From the NCBI RefSeq assembly GCF_004010195.1, contig NC_057719.1, positions 71,998,055 through 72,062,054 of the forward strand: DNA of 64,000 bases, written 5' to 3'. The stretch comes from Chiloscyllium plagiosum (lineage: Eukaryota). Below the pieces are notes generated by a model. It saw only the letters and a list, made by a program, of their open reading frames with translations. It did not search any database and was not told the origin of the DNA. Positions 51,542 to 64,000 of the stretch are shown one piece after another (the stretch's first letter is position 1; each line of letters opens with the position of its first letter). Both the position numbers and the translations under genes were made by a program.

Positions 51542-51962
51542 TTTACAGGCAGACTTTTCATCTTTGTAGCTATACGCTTGTGTGCAAAGTAATTCAGATG
51601 TGAACAATAAAAACACTGCTTTCCCAACGTTGCTTGTGTTTGCTTTTATGTTGTGTTCTCCAACATATTTACATCCCATACCTCTCTGCTCAGCCTTTTT
51701 CATTTATTTTTGTAACTATTTCATGGTTATTTCCACTAACTGTGGAAAACAAAAATTCAATTCTGTCTCATATTGTTTTAAAATTCCCTAGCCGCAGGGA
51801 GTGGAAAATGCTTTGCCATTCTGACTCATTGAGTTTACAGGCAGACTTTTCATCTTTGTAGCTATACGCTTGTGTGCAAAGTAATTCAGATGTGAACAAT
51901 AAAAACACTGCTTTCCCAAGCCGCAGGGAGTGGAAAATGCTTTGCCATTCTGACTCATTGAG
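51542..51962 (+). repeat. Complex direct duplication A-X-B-A-B
   Basis: A = 51542-51627 = 51834-51919. B = 51790-51833 = 51919-51962. Both exact. Confidence 0.95.
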
Positions 51963-52974
51963 CATTTCAAAGATGCAGAAAGTTTTAATTCCTTCTTGAA
52001 TTCACTCAAAGTCAACTTCACACATGTTTCAGGTAATGGCTGTTGTTTCTAAAATGAAAGCAAGTTACAGCAGAGGTAGGAATAACATGAATAAAACAAG
52101 ACTACCAGTGCACTATATACAAATGTATTTCTCCAAACATCCCCTCACATCTTCCCACAAGTGTTTGGGAATTTGTGTGGACATATAGCAAGTGTACAGC
52201 TGTGGGAGAAAAGAGAGAGTTGGAGATTAATGAGTCGGGCAGGGGGAAGGGAAAGAGTCTCTGGTGGGGGTACTCAAGTACTTGATGGCAAGTAGGTCTA
52301 AGACTGGTAGGTTGGGAGGGCTCAAGTATAGGCTGAAATTGTGGGTATGGGGTCTGGTGCTCCTAAGTTCTGGATGGATATGTAGACCCACTGTTGGGGG
52401 CTGAAGTCAGATCCACAAGCTCATGCAGGGACATTTGAGATAGGCCTGATGGGGACCAGTGGACCCAGACCAGCCTGCAAGTCAGGTGTTCCTGGCACTA
52501 GGCAGGGTATTAGGGGGCTCAGGGAGAAGTGGATGGGATGAGGTGTTGGACCTCATGGTTGTGGTTATGATCCAAGAATATGGATATCCAAACCCTGGAT
52601 ATTGGACAGCGCCATGCCTGGACTACAAGTTTCTCGTCATCGTGGATGGCAGTTGGTGGAGAATGGCATAGATCTTCCAGTTACACTCAAGCTATAGTAT
52701 TGAAATAGAGGGAGACTTTTGGGAAAGCAATTGATCCAATAACACCAAAAGAACAGCGATATTTCTCCAAGTCAGTGTGGTGTGTGGCTTTGAGGGAAAC
52801 GTCTAGCCAGTGGTATTCCCATGTATCTGCTGCCTTTGTCCTTCCTATAGTTGGGTCACAGATTTGGAAGTGCTGTCAGAGCAGCATTGGTGCATTGCTA
52901 GCTTTCATTTTTCATAATGTACTTTTAAAAATATAATGATAAGAAATGTAGTTATCACAATAGTCTTACATCAT

Positions 52975-54733
52975 TAATGTGTTGATGAGACAAGATGGTT
53001 CAGATGAGGCGATGGAGAGTTACAGATCAGCTCGGAAGGATTTAAAGAGAGAGTTAAGGAGAGCAAAGAGAGGACATGAGCAGTCTTTAGCAAATAGAAT
53101 AAAGGAGAACCCTAAAGCTTTCTACAGGTATGAGTGGAATAAAAGGATGACTAGGGTACGAATAGGGCCAGTCAAAGACAGAAGTAGGAAGTTGAGTGTG
53201 GACCCTGTGGAGATCGAAGGGGTGCTAAACGAACATTCCTCATTGGTTTTCACTCAGGAAAAGGAGAATATTGTAGAGGAGAAGAATGAGATACGAGATA
53301 TTAGACTGGAAAGAATCGAGGTTAGTTACGAAGAGGTGTTATCAATTCTAGAAGGAGTGAAAGTAGACAAGTCCTCTGGGCCAGGATTCTCTGGGTAGCT
53401 AGGGAGGAGAAAGAAGAACCTGTGGCTTTGATATTTAAGTCATCATTGGCTACAGGTTTAGTACCAGAGGACTGGAGGATTGCAAATGTTGTGCCCTTGT
53501 TCAAGAAGTGCAGTAGAGATGACCTAAATAATTATAGACCAGTGAGCCTTACTTCTGTTGTAGGAAAGGTTTTGGAAAGGATTGTAAGAGATAGGATTTA
53601 TAATCATCTAGCAAGCAACAATTTGATTGAAAATATCAACATGGTTTCATCAAGGGCAGGTCATGTCTCAACAAACCCCATTGAGTTTTTTGAGAAGGTG
53701 ACCAAGCATATAGATGAGGGTAGGGCAGTTGACATGGTATACGTGGACTTCAGAAAAGCCTTTGATAAGGTTCCACATGGTAGGCTGTTGGAGAAAATGC
53801 AGAGGCATGGGATTGAGGGTGATTTAGCAGTTTGGATTAGAAACTGGGTTTCTGAAAGAAGGCAGCAAGTTGTAGTTGATAGAAAATATTCAGCCTGGAG
53901 TCCGATTACTAGTGGTGTGCCACAAGGATCTGTTTTGGGACCACTGCTGTTTGTCATTTTTCTAAATGACTGAGACGCAGACATAGGTGGATGGATTAGT
54001 AAATTTGCAGATGACACTAAAGTCTTCTTGGTAGTGTGGATGTGCAGAGGGATCTTGGAGTCCATGTACATAGATCCCTGAAAGTTGTCACTCAGATTGA
54101 TAGTGCTGTTAAGAAGGCATATGGTGTGTTATGTTTTATTCATAGAGGGATTGAGTTCCGGGGCCACAATATCATGCTGCAACTAGACAAAACGCTGTTG
54201 TGGCTGCACTTGGAATATTGTGTACAGTTCTGGTCCCCTTATTTTGGGAAAGATGTGGAAGCATTGGAAAAGATGCAGAGGAGATTTACCAGGATGTTGC
54301 CTGGTCTGGAGGGAAGGTCTTATGAGGAAAGGTTGAGAGACTTGGATCTGTTCTCATTGGAAAGAAGAAGGCTAAGAGAGGATTTGATAGAGACATACAA
54401 GATGATCAGAGGATTAGATAGGGTAGACAGTGAAAGTCTTTTTCCTAGGATGATGACGTCAGCTCATATAAGGGGGCATAACTACAAATTGAGGGGCGAT
54501 AGATTTAAGACAGATGTCAGAGGCAGGTTCTTTACTCGTAGAGTAGTAAGGAGGTGGACTGCCCTACCTGCCAATGTAGTTAACTCAGCTACATTAGGGA
54601 GATTTAAACAATCCTTGGATAAGCACATTGGTGATGACGGGATAGTGTGGGGGAACGAGCTGAGAATAGTTCACAGGTTGACACAATATTGAGGGCCAAA
54701 GGGCCTGTTCTGCGCTGTACTGTTCTATGTTCT
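52975..54733 (+). mobile_element. 5'-truncated HER1/CR1 LINE ORF2 pseudogene with internal deletions
   Basis: IKENPKAFYRY, WRIANVVPLFKK, VDFRKAFDKVPH, SGVPQGSVLGPLLF, KFADDTK and a (gttctat) tail. Confidence 0.95.
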
Positions 54734-56019
54734 AACTATTTCTTTACTACTACTAACACCGCCACTCCTCTGGTGACCTGAATCTCATTTATCCCCAGTT
54801 TGGTCAACCTGGGGGAGCTGGCATGGCACAGTCAGGGGCACTGGAGGCTTGTCAGAGAAAAGGAGGAAGTACCAGTCAAAATGAAAACAGCAAATTCTTG
54901 GGAAAATTTTGAAAATGAGCAGTAGAATGTGTTTATTTTCCTATCACAACTTGTATGAAGCTGCACTCTACTCATGACTGCTTTAATGCCCAATGCCTAA
55001 TTATTGCTTTTGAATGTTAACAATCGTGACCACAAATTTAATAAGCAATGATGGCTCTTGAACACTTTTAAGCATTTTGATGATCCCGGAGTAGAAGGAT
55101 CATGATGTTATTTGAGTGCTTATTTGATGACAAATGAACACTGCTTCTTCAACCAAGTCTCATTCCAAATGACGTCGTTCAATGTTAAATGATACACTGA
55201 CCATGTTTAGTGCAACCAATGTGGAATCAATGTCAAAATGTTCTGTATGGGCAATGACTAATACATCACTTACAATTGACTGGATGTTCAATTTGTATCT
55301 GACCTGCATTTCTTTTAAACTGAATAGACTGAATTCAGTTGTCTTAATTTAACCAGTGCACTTTTTACTGATGGAATTTTCACCCTGGTGTTACAACCCT
55401 TTTCCTGCTCAAAATGTTCAGAATGCTGCTTAAATGATCCAATACTTCTCTATAGCAACGGTCCTGTTCCTTAATGGACTGTGTATGAGAAAAACATAAA
55501 TCAAAACCTCAGTGTATACAAAGAAAGTAACTGCAAACCTGGGAGCACACATGTGGAGCTATTCACCTTGTCTTTCACTACCAGTGACAGCTGTGCTAAT
55601 TAGCACTACAGATGCAGAGTCTAATCACAATGTTACTATATTTTTCTGTTTCTCCATGGCTAAGTATTTATTGAAGGAAATGAAGGCAGTAACTTAGAGC
55701 TAAGATTTTTTTTATTGCCTGTGTATACCCTCCTTTCATTTCTAATTGATACTTTCTGTTTGAATAACAATCCTAGGAAGAAATTCATTTATATAAGTAT
55801 ATGTTAACACAATCTTCCAAGTTTGCAATCAGGATATAAAATCATTGTAATCTAACTCGATGATGCTTAACTATTTGGCCACGCCATCACCTCCCATTGT
55901 TTCAGTGATATGAGTGTTATTTTGATACCAGAATGGCATCCACACCATGTGTGCATATTTCAACTGCAGCATGTGACAAATGCTATTTTGACAAAGCCAT
56001 TGACACAAGCTTTGCAGAG

Positions 56020-56840
56020 TGATAGAGTTATAGCAATGCACAGCATTGAAACAGACCTCTCATTCCAACTCGTCCATGTCGACCAGATATCTTAAATTAA
56101 TCTAATCCTATTTGTCACCATTTGGGCCATATCCCTCTAAACACTTCCTATTCATATATTTATCCAGATGCCACTTAAATGTTGTAATTATACCAGCCTC
56201 CACCACTTCCTCTGGCAGCTCATTCTATATATGCACCACCCTCTGCATGAAATCATTGCCCCTCAGGTCCCTTTTAAATCTTTCCCCTCTCACCTTAAAC
56301 CTATGCCCGCTAGTTTTGAACTCCCTCACCCTAGGGAAAAGACCTTGCCTATTCTGGACCGAAGAGTCTGTTTCCATGCTGTACATCTCTATGACTCTAT
56401 GACTCTATTCACCCTATCCATGCCTCTCATGATTTTATGAACCTCTATAATGTCACCCCTCAGCACCCGACACTCCAGAAAAAACTGCCCCAGCCTATTC
56501 AACCTGTCCCTATAGCTCAAATCCTCGAAATCTGGCAACATCCTTGTAAATCTTTTCTGAACCCTTTCAAGTTTCACAACATCCCTCCTATAGCATGAAG
56601 ACCAGACTTGCATGTAGTATTCTAATAGTGGCCTAACCAATGTCCTATATAGCCTCAACATGACCTATCAACTCCTATACTTAATAAACTGGCCAATAAA
56701 GGCAAATGTACTAAACGCCTTCTTCAATATCCAACCTGCGACTCCACTTTCAGGGACCTACGAACCTGCATTCCAAGGTCTCTTTGTTCAGCAACAGTCC
56801 CCAGTACTTTACCATTCAATGTATAAGGCCTGCCCTGAGC
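56020..56840 (-). mobile_element. HER1/CR1 3' fragment with a tiny opposite-strand CR1 tail inserted at ~56355-56405
   Basis: MLRLYRTLVRPLLEYYMQVW...LRGDIIEVHKIM. Insert tggaccgaagagtctgtttcc...ctctatgactctatgact is flanked by ctattc. Confidence 0.9.
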
Positions 56841-57359
56841 AAGTACTGGACTATTTCAGAGTATGAAGATCATGGTGTCAGTCAGCACACGTTACATTGA
56901 TTTGACACCAGTGCTGCTATTTTGGATCTGAACTTTAGCTATAATGCTCTGTCTTCGCCTAATCTAGCTGAAGAATGCAAAATATAAAGAATGAATCATC
57001 CCAACCGCAAAGCTATTTAAAGGAATCATTAACAACTAACGATTCTGTCCTGTGTTAGACAATACATGAAACTCCACATCAATCATGGCTGACCAGGGGA
57101 CCCTTGATCTTAGGCTATTGGCATATTGGAAAGATTTACAGATTGATAATCAAACTGATTGGTTGCATTATGAGGGGACTTTCCTTGACCATTGGGTCCT
57201 GGGTGAACTTAGAGTTCCTGGCTCAGAGGTAGAGACATTATCTACTGCGTTACTAAACTCACAGACAGATTATCTTCTATTATTTCAGTTTGAATTTGTG
57301 GGAGTACAGGATGATTTGAGAAATTGGGTAAAGTTGGTGAAATCTGCAGGGAGTTGAGT

Positions 57360-57600
57360 TGTATTGGTTGAGACTGCTAGGGGCTTTGTACACACCACTT
57401 GCTCCAGATTTAGATACGATTTTGGCAGTTTCACATACACTTCAGCATCAGAGGAAGGAGAAGTGGAGGCAGCAAAGAAGAGGACAAGGTGCTTACGTAA
57501 GGAGAAGGAGAAGAACAATGACTTTAGTATGATACCATATCTGCCTAGTGTCTTCAGTGAACATGTCACTTCCTTGCACCAAAATCAGGAGCACTGTGCT
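57360..57600 (+). mobile_element. Probable Harbinger transposase N-terminal remnant
   Basis: IPYLPSVFSEHVTSLHQNQEHC resembles the RPYPxRVFRE..SYL..SEEQC start of Harbinger transposases. Confidence 0.45.
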
Positions 57601-57793
57601 ATTATAATCATGCTTGGCATCATTAACATTTTAAAAAAATAATTCAAATCCTAACAATTATCCAACAGAGCTACACAAGATTTACTTTTTGTTTAAAAGA
57701 ATGAGACAAAGCAATCATTAACACTATAGATTACAACTACATACAAGATAAGCTCAATCTTATCCTTTACTCCCCACCTTAAGAATTCTATTA

Positions 57794-58012
57794 CAGGTCT
57801 CCACCGCTTTTCGAACGTTCGCTTTACACAATTTCGCTTTTATGAAAGACTTACATTAGTATCTGTTTTCGCAAATCCAAAGGGGATTTTTGCTTTTACA
57901 AAAAACGGCGATACTTTTTCCCATGTAAGTCACGCACCTTCGTTTTATGCCATTTTTGGCTTGCGAAAGGCTTCCTGGGAATACTCTACTTTTGGATAGC
58001 GGGGACTACCTG
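57794..58012. mobile_element. Tc1/mariner-pogo type MITE
   Basis: TA|CAGG..CCGCTTTTCGAA ... TTGGATAGCGG..CCTG|TA: imperfect terminal inverted repeats with a TA duplication. CpG-rich. Confidence 0.75.
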
Positions 58013-58361
58013 TATACTTTACAGTGACCTTAAATGTTCATTCACTTTACTAGCAGCCAATACAAAAGATATGTCACAGTCTTCTACAATTTACAGTAAT
58101 TTTCCTTAGAGCTCCAGATATCCTCAAAGGTAATTTTCTCTGGTTTCTTTGGTCATAAGACCTTCCACAATTACTTTGCAGATATCTGAGCTCCTTGTAT
58201 GCTGCCAGCTAACTGCCTTTTCATAGCTCTCCGAGCTGATTCTGCTGACTACTTCCTTCAATGCCCTGTGAGGGCCACCACAAACTTCCTTCACTAACCA
58301 CATGAGAGGATTAATCTTCCATTAATTTGCCCTCACACAATCCAAGCTGAGAAAGAGATGA

Positions 58362-58673
58362 CTAGATTCTAGATTCCCGACAGTATGGAAACAGGCCCTT
58401 CGGCCCAATAAGTCCATACCGACCCTCCGAAGAGTAACACACCCAGACCCAGTCCCCTACCCTATATTTACCCCTGACTAATGCACCTAACATGCGGGGA
58501 AATTTAGCATGGCCAATTCACCTGACTTGCACATCTTTGGACAGTGAGAGGAAACCGGAGCACCCAGAGGAAACACACACACACGCGCGCGCACACACAC
58601 ACACGTGCGCACACACACACACGCGCGCACACACACGTGCGCACACACACACGCGCGCGCACACACACGCACG

Positions 58674-58704
<31 letters not shown>

Positions 58705-58855
58705 GCGCGTGCGCACACACACACACGCACACACGCACACACACACACACGGAGAATTTGCAAACTCCACACAGATAGTTGCCCAAGGTGGGAATCGAAC
58801 CCAGGTCCCTGACCTATGAGGCAACAGTGACAACCACTGAGCCACCGTGCCGCCC
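58362..58855 (-). mobile_element. HE1-type SINE with internal microsatellite
   Basis: HE1 tail and head are intact on either side of the repeat. Confidence 0.93.
58573..58751. repeat. (CA)n/(CG)n alternating purine-pyrimidine microsatellite
   Basis: About 178 bp of acacacacgcgcgcacac-type units. Confidence 0.98.
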
Positions 58856-59052
58856 ACCTACATTCCAGACTATTACTGAAGTTCATATTTCCTCTGCTTA
58901 AAGTGCAGGCATACCTGACCATCTTGTTTTTTACTGTTGGGATGCAGTCAAACCATAGCTAAGCTACAACTATTTCTGCCTGTTTCCCAGACTGAATTTT
59001 ATGTGCTTTTTTCAAAGATTGGCAAATAAATTAACCAAGTTAACAGTTGTTG

Positions 59053-60770
59053 GGGTGGCACGGTGGCCCAATGGTTAGCATTGCTGCCTCACAGAGCCAG
59101 GGAACTGGGATCAATTCTAGCCTCGGGTGACTGCTTCTTTCAAAAGTCACTGGAGTCAGGAAAAGTCCCGGATGATTGGAAGATCGCTGTTGTAACCCTC
59201 TTGTTCAAGAAAGGATCAAGACAAAAGATGGAAAATTATAGGCCAATTGGCCTAGCCTCGGTTGTTGGTAAAATTCTAGAATCCATCGTTAAGGATGAGG
59301 TTTCTAAATTCTTGGAAGAGCAGGGTCGAATTAGAACAAGTCAACATGGATTTAGTAAGGGGAGGTCATGCCTGACAAACCTGTTGGAATTCTTTGAATT
59401 GGCTGTCTGACAGAGGGCAGAGAGTTGGGATAAAAGGTTCTTTTTCGGAATGGCAGCTGGTGACAAGCGGTGTCCCGCAGGGTTCAGTGTTGGGGCCGCA
59501 GCTGTTCACATTATACATTAGTGCTCTGGATGAAGGGACTGGGGGCATTCTAGCGAAGTTTGCCGATGATACGAAGTTAGGTGGACAGGCATGTAGTACT
59601 GAGGAAGTGGGGAGGCTGCAGAAGGATCTAGACAGTTTGGAGGAGTGGTCCAGGAAATGGTTGATGGAATTCAATGTGAGCAAATGCGAGGTCTTGCACT
59701 TTGGGAAAAAGAATAGAAGCATGGATTACTTTCTAAACGGTGAGAAAATTCGTAAAGCCAAAGTACAGAGGGATCTGGGAGTGCTAGTTGAGGATTCTCT
59801 AAAGTTAAACATGCAGGTTGAGTCCGTGATTAAGAAAGTGAATGCAATGTTGTCATTTATCTCAAGAGGATTGGAATATAAAAGTACTGTTGTGCTACTG
59901 AGACTTTATAAAGCCCTAGTTAGGCCCTATTTGGAGTACTGTGTCCAGTTTTGGTCCCCACACCTCAGGAAGGACATACTGGCACTGGAGCGTGTCCAGC
60001 GGAGATTCACACGGATGATCCATGGAATGGTAGGTCTATCATACGAGGAACGGCTGAGGATCCTGGGATTGTATTCATTGGAGTTTAGAAGATTAAGGGG
60101 AGATCTAATCGAAACTTACAAGATAATACATGGCTTGGAAAGGGTGGACGCTAGGAAATTGTTTCTGTTAGGCGAGGAGACTAGGACCTGTGGACACAGC
60201 GTTAGAATTAGAGGGGGTAAATTCAGAACAGAAATGCGGAGACATTTCTTCAGCCAGAGAGTGTTGGGCCTGTGGAATTCATTGCCACAAAGTGCAGTGG
60301 AGGCCGGGACGCTAAATGTCTTCAAGGCAGAGATTGATAAATTCTTGATGTAACAAGGAATTAAGGGCTACGGGGAGAATGCAGGTAATTGGAGTTGAAA
60401 TGCCCATCAGCCATGATTGAATGGCAGAGTGGACTCGATGGGCTGAATGGCCTTACTTCCACTCCTATGTCTTATGGTCTTATGGACTGTCTGTGTGGAG
60501 TTTGCACGTTCTCCCCCTATCGGCATGGGTTTCCTCTTGGTGCTCCGGTTTCATTCCACTGTCCAAAGATGTGCAGGTTAGGTGAATTGGCCATGGGAAA
60601 TTGCCCATCGTGTCCAGGGATGTGCAGGCCAAGTGGATTAGCTTTGGGAAACATAGGGTTACAGGGATCGGCTAGGGGAGCGGCTTTGAGTAGGATGCTC
60701 TTTGGAGGGTCAGTATGACTCGATTGGCCGAATTGCCTGCTTCCACACTGTAGGATGTCCATGATTCTAT
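59053..60770 (+). mobile_element. HE1 SINE split by a CR1 insertion (59053-59133 and 60485-60770)
   Basis: Head gggtggcacggtggcccaatggttagc...gggtgactg resumes as gactgtctgtgtggagtttgcac, with gactg duplicated. Confidence 0.92.
59134..60484 (+). mobile_element. 5'-truncated HER1/CR1 LINE with 319-codon open RT C-terminal frame (59394-60353)
   Basis: SGVPQGSVLGPQLF, KFADDTK, LEYCVQFWSP and RLRGDLIETYK. Tail cttatggtcttatg. An internal deletion at ~59398 removes the LDFxKAFD motif. Confidence 0.95.
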
Positions 60771-61959
60771 GAACCAACTATCTAAGGCTCCAATCTGAAT
60801 CACTGTTTCCATGGCAATGGAGGCAAAGTTTGGAATTGTTCTAAAAGAAATGCAGATGAAGGATTTCAGTTCCAGCGAAACTTTTTGATTCTGTTACTCA
60901 TGTGAATATTTTTTCCAGCAGCATTTTATTACCATCTATCATCAAGTTGCCAGCTTTTCACTTTTTCTGTCAAGAAAAGATAGACACCTGGCTCTGTCAA
61001 TAGGTCCAGAAGTGGGTTATCTCCTGCTCCAACGCTGACCTGATAAATTTAAGTTAGCTTTTCACTTTAATTAACTGCAAGCCTGTTTGAATTATGAGCA
61101 CTTTAGTATTGCTTATCAGTTTCAAACACATGTCCAGTTATCTTACTTTTGACTCTTTAACCTTCAATCTATAAGTTATATGTCTGAAATTAAAAGTAGT
61201 GCTATTAAAATTATGCATTATGAAACAGAGACTTTGTAATTTATATTCATGAAGGAGATATTCCTAGTACTTTGTCATCTTTTATAATCATACCTGTAAT
61301 CTCAGAGCTGGTCAAGAACAGCACAATCAGTGTCTGTAAAAGTGATGTGCAAGAATGTTACCAACTGAGTCACAACTGACACTTCCATTCACTCAAGATA
61401 CTTTCATTTTGCAGTGGTCCACTTTTTTCCTCCATCTTTCAGCCACTAGATCAAGTCAGAGGATGGCTGTTGGGTGATGAGGTTTACACATGACTCATGA
61501 ATCTATTCCACAATCCAACTACACCTGCCCACTATATGCAGAAAGAGAGCAACACCAGCACTGCCTTGACCATTCTGGAGTATACTTTAATATAGCGTGT
61601 GCCCAGCTTGTAGTTATCTGCTTGACACTCCACAAACTACCCATCACACAAGTACGGTCCTTAAGGATCCATAAGCACTTCAGGTGAAGTGGGGGCAACC
61701 AGCAAAAGCCATCAGATTGTTTAACCCTAGGGCCTATGACCCACTAATTATTTGTTCTGTGTGGACAATGCACGGTAAATGACTTCAGAAAGTGGAAGCT
61801 AATGTGCCAATGCCAAACTGATATGCGCAGACCGTCTAAACAGTGAGAGGAAATCGTGCCAAGAGCTCCTCTTGAGATTCTCTTGAGGGCCAATTTTGAT
61901 GTTCAGCAGCTTCTTTTCCATTCTCACTAACTTCTGTTCAGATGGTACACTCAAATAGT

Positions 61960-62115
61960 AACAATATCTTCATTATGTTGACATACAGAATACCTGGTCT
62001 CTCAGAATCGGAGTTAGACAAGTTTGTGAGTATCCTCAATAATCATCACCACTCCATTAAACTTAAAGCCACAACACACAAGGAAGGCATTCATTTCCTG
62101 GGTGTCACTATTTAA
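61960..62115 (+). mobile_element. Old Penelope-like RT fragment (different lineage)
   Basis: 62002-62115 translates SESELDKFVSILNNHHHSIKLKATTHKEGIHFLGVTI*, like PLE RT domains 6-7 (LNxxHPSIK...INFLD). Confidence 0.6.
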
Positions 62116-62369
62116 GCTGGCACAAGGCAACTTAACATAAGTTAACAATCATTTATTTTTTAACATTAACCATCACAAGCCTTTTTCCAAAAAGATATTA
62201 CCATGAACACCTTTCTATTGATGTCATAATTAGCAGTTCCAGATTTATCTTTAGCAAAGTCACTACACCTGAAGTAATTCACAGATGCTTTGAGATGTGA
62301 TAACTCAAATGTAAATCATCATATGTAACTGTTTATTACTAATTTATTCAATCATCTCGGCTCCAATGC

Positions 62370-62980
62370 ATAGCCGCAAGAGTTCCAAAGGGTAGTGTCC
62401 TGGGCACAACCATCAATGACCTTCCTCCCATCATAAGGTCAGGAGTGGGGATGTTTACCAATGATTGCACAATGTTCAACACAATTCATGGCTCCTCAGA
62501 TTCTGAAGCAGTCCATGCTTGAATGCAATGAGATCTGGACAACCCTGGACTGGATTGACATGTGGCAAGCAACAAATGGGGCAGCACAATGGCTCAGTGA
62601 TTAGCACTGCTGCCTCACAGTGCCAGGGGCCTGGGTTCAATTCCCACCTTGGGGACTGTCTGTGTAGAGTTTGTACATTCTCCCCTTGTCTATGTGGATT
62701 TCCTCCCGGTGCTGTAGGTTTCCTCCCATAGTCCAAAGATGTGCAGGTCAGGTGAATTGGCCATGCTAAATTGTCCATAGTGATATGTGCGTCAGTCAGG
62801 GGTAAATATAGGGTAGGGGAATTGGTCTGGACGGGTTACTCTTCGGGAGGGTCTCCTCTTCGGAGGTCATTGTGGATATGTTGGGCCAAAGAGCCTGTTT
62901 GCACACTGTAAGTAAACTAATCTAAATGCCAGGCAGTGATCATCTCCAATACAGAGAATTTAACCATTGCTCCTTGACAT
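62370..62980 (+). mobile_element. CR1/L2-group LINE RT fragment split by an HE1 SINE (62578-62925, +)
   Basis: VPKGSVLGTT and FTNDCTMF. The HE1 head gggcagcacaatggctcagtg runs to the tail aaactaatctaa, and aaatg is duplicated. Confidence 0.85.
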
Positions 62981-64000
62981 GGATTCCAGGTTATTCATTT
63001 TATACAGTCGGCAAATGGTTTTATTCTAATAGGCCCTGATTATTGAGTTGTTTTCTTTACAACAGAGAAGTCTGAGTGAGGACCTTAGAGAGGTTTATAA
63101 GATCATGAGAGGTGTGGAAGGGTTGGATAAGAAGCAGCTGCTTTCCTTTGTTGGAGGGTTAATAACAAGAGGGCATAGTTTTAAGGTGAAAGATATTTCT
63201 AGTGCTGTTATAAACTCTATCACTTCTAAACCGAAATTTGGATTTCAGCTAATACCTGAAGAAATGAAATAAAATTTCACATTTAAGAAGTTTACTGTAA
63301 CCAGTCGTCTATAAGCAAAAAGGAAAACAAAATTCTGATGATGATAGGAATCTGAAATTAAAGCAAAGTGCTGAAAATTTTCAAAAGGTTGGCAACTGTC
63401 ATAGAGAGAGAAACATAGTCAATATTTCAAGTTGAATGGAATTCTTCAGAACATTTTCAGACCAAAAGCACTGTTAACTGAACACCATTTTTGTATCAAC
63501 TATAAAGCAGAATTTTAAACATAACTGAAAAATCACTTTTCACAGGTACACATTACACTGCTTTAAAAAGTAGACATTGAATTCTTCTGGATGACTTCCC
63601 TTTTCGAAGCTGGAAGCTGTTAACAGTAGAAATATCTTTCAGTGTGTGGTTTTTCCTGTAGACCTCTCCCTTTAGCCAAATCTACTTTTGGTTGCCTTTG
63701 AGTTTTTCATCTTTAAACATAAATACGTTACTTTGTAACAAGATAAATTAAATAGAATTTTCCTATGATTTTACCACATGGGTTTTCTTAGGAATGAGAT
63801 TGGGTAAAGGCAAGCTAAATGAAATAGTTTACTTATGAAACTGGAAGGATCTGAATACAATTTACAGATTGTCACTCCTTTATGGCCCACACCATCTAGC
63901 ACATGCTAAAAATAATGACAGTTTGTAGGATGTAATTTAAATATTCATTTTCCACAAATTCCATTTATCTGTAAATTGTAACATCGTGGAAACCACTTGT

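Noticed and set aside
57364..57642. 92-aa ORF with basic NLS-like stretch as a host exon
   Set aside because: Better explained as a Harbinger N-terminal remnant. There is no convincing splice context.
58487..58922. His/Thr- and Cys/Val-rich ORFs
   Set aside because: Translations of the CA/CG microsatellite.
59394..60353. 319-aa ORF as a functional or domesticated gene
   Set aside because: A 5'-truncated CR1 RT lacking the endonuclease and the first catalytic motif, with no ATG start. Its openness is explained by youth.
1967..62925. HE1 strand bias (9 minus vs 3 plus) as evidence of an intronic location
   Set aside because: The sample is too small, several copies are nested in other repeats, and the LINEs show no matching bias.
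1..64000. CRISPR arrays, rRNA, prokaryotic operons or an endogenous virus
   Set aside because: No repeat-spacer arrays, rRNA motifs or viral protein motifs were seen. All RT-like sequence fits retrotransposons.

Overview
Eukaryotic, repeat-dense, non-coding genomic DNA, very likely from a shark: it carries HE1-type tRNA-derived SINEs and their partner HER1/CR1 LINEs. An orectolobiform (bamboo shark-like) origin is plausible from SINE wording but not proven. I found no host protein-coding exon that I can support. Every recognisable ORF is a decayed transposable-element fragment: CR1 LINEs, Penelope-like elements and their short hairpin derivatives with minimal hammerhead-ribozyme cores, one decayed Gypsy LTR element, a solo LTR, Harbinger fossils, probable DIRS/Ngaro and RTE fossils, and a TA-flanked MITE. 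Two assembly gaps fall inside Penelope elements. The most notable structure is a set of local templated duplications. Three are short-range inverted copies (224 bp perfect, 133 bp, 71 bp). One is a 104-bp direct duplication bracketing a 35-bp Penelope end. One is an A-X-B-A-B duplication beside a Penelope insertion. Repeat boundaries were read by eye and are approximate unless stated.
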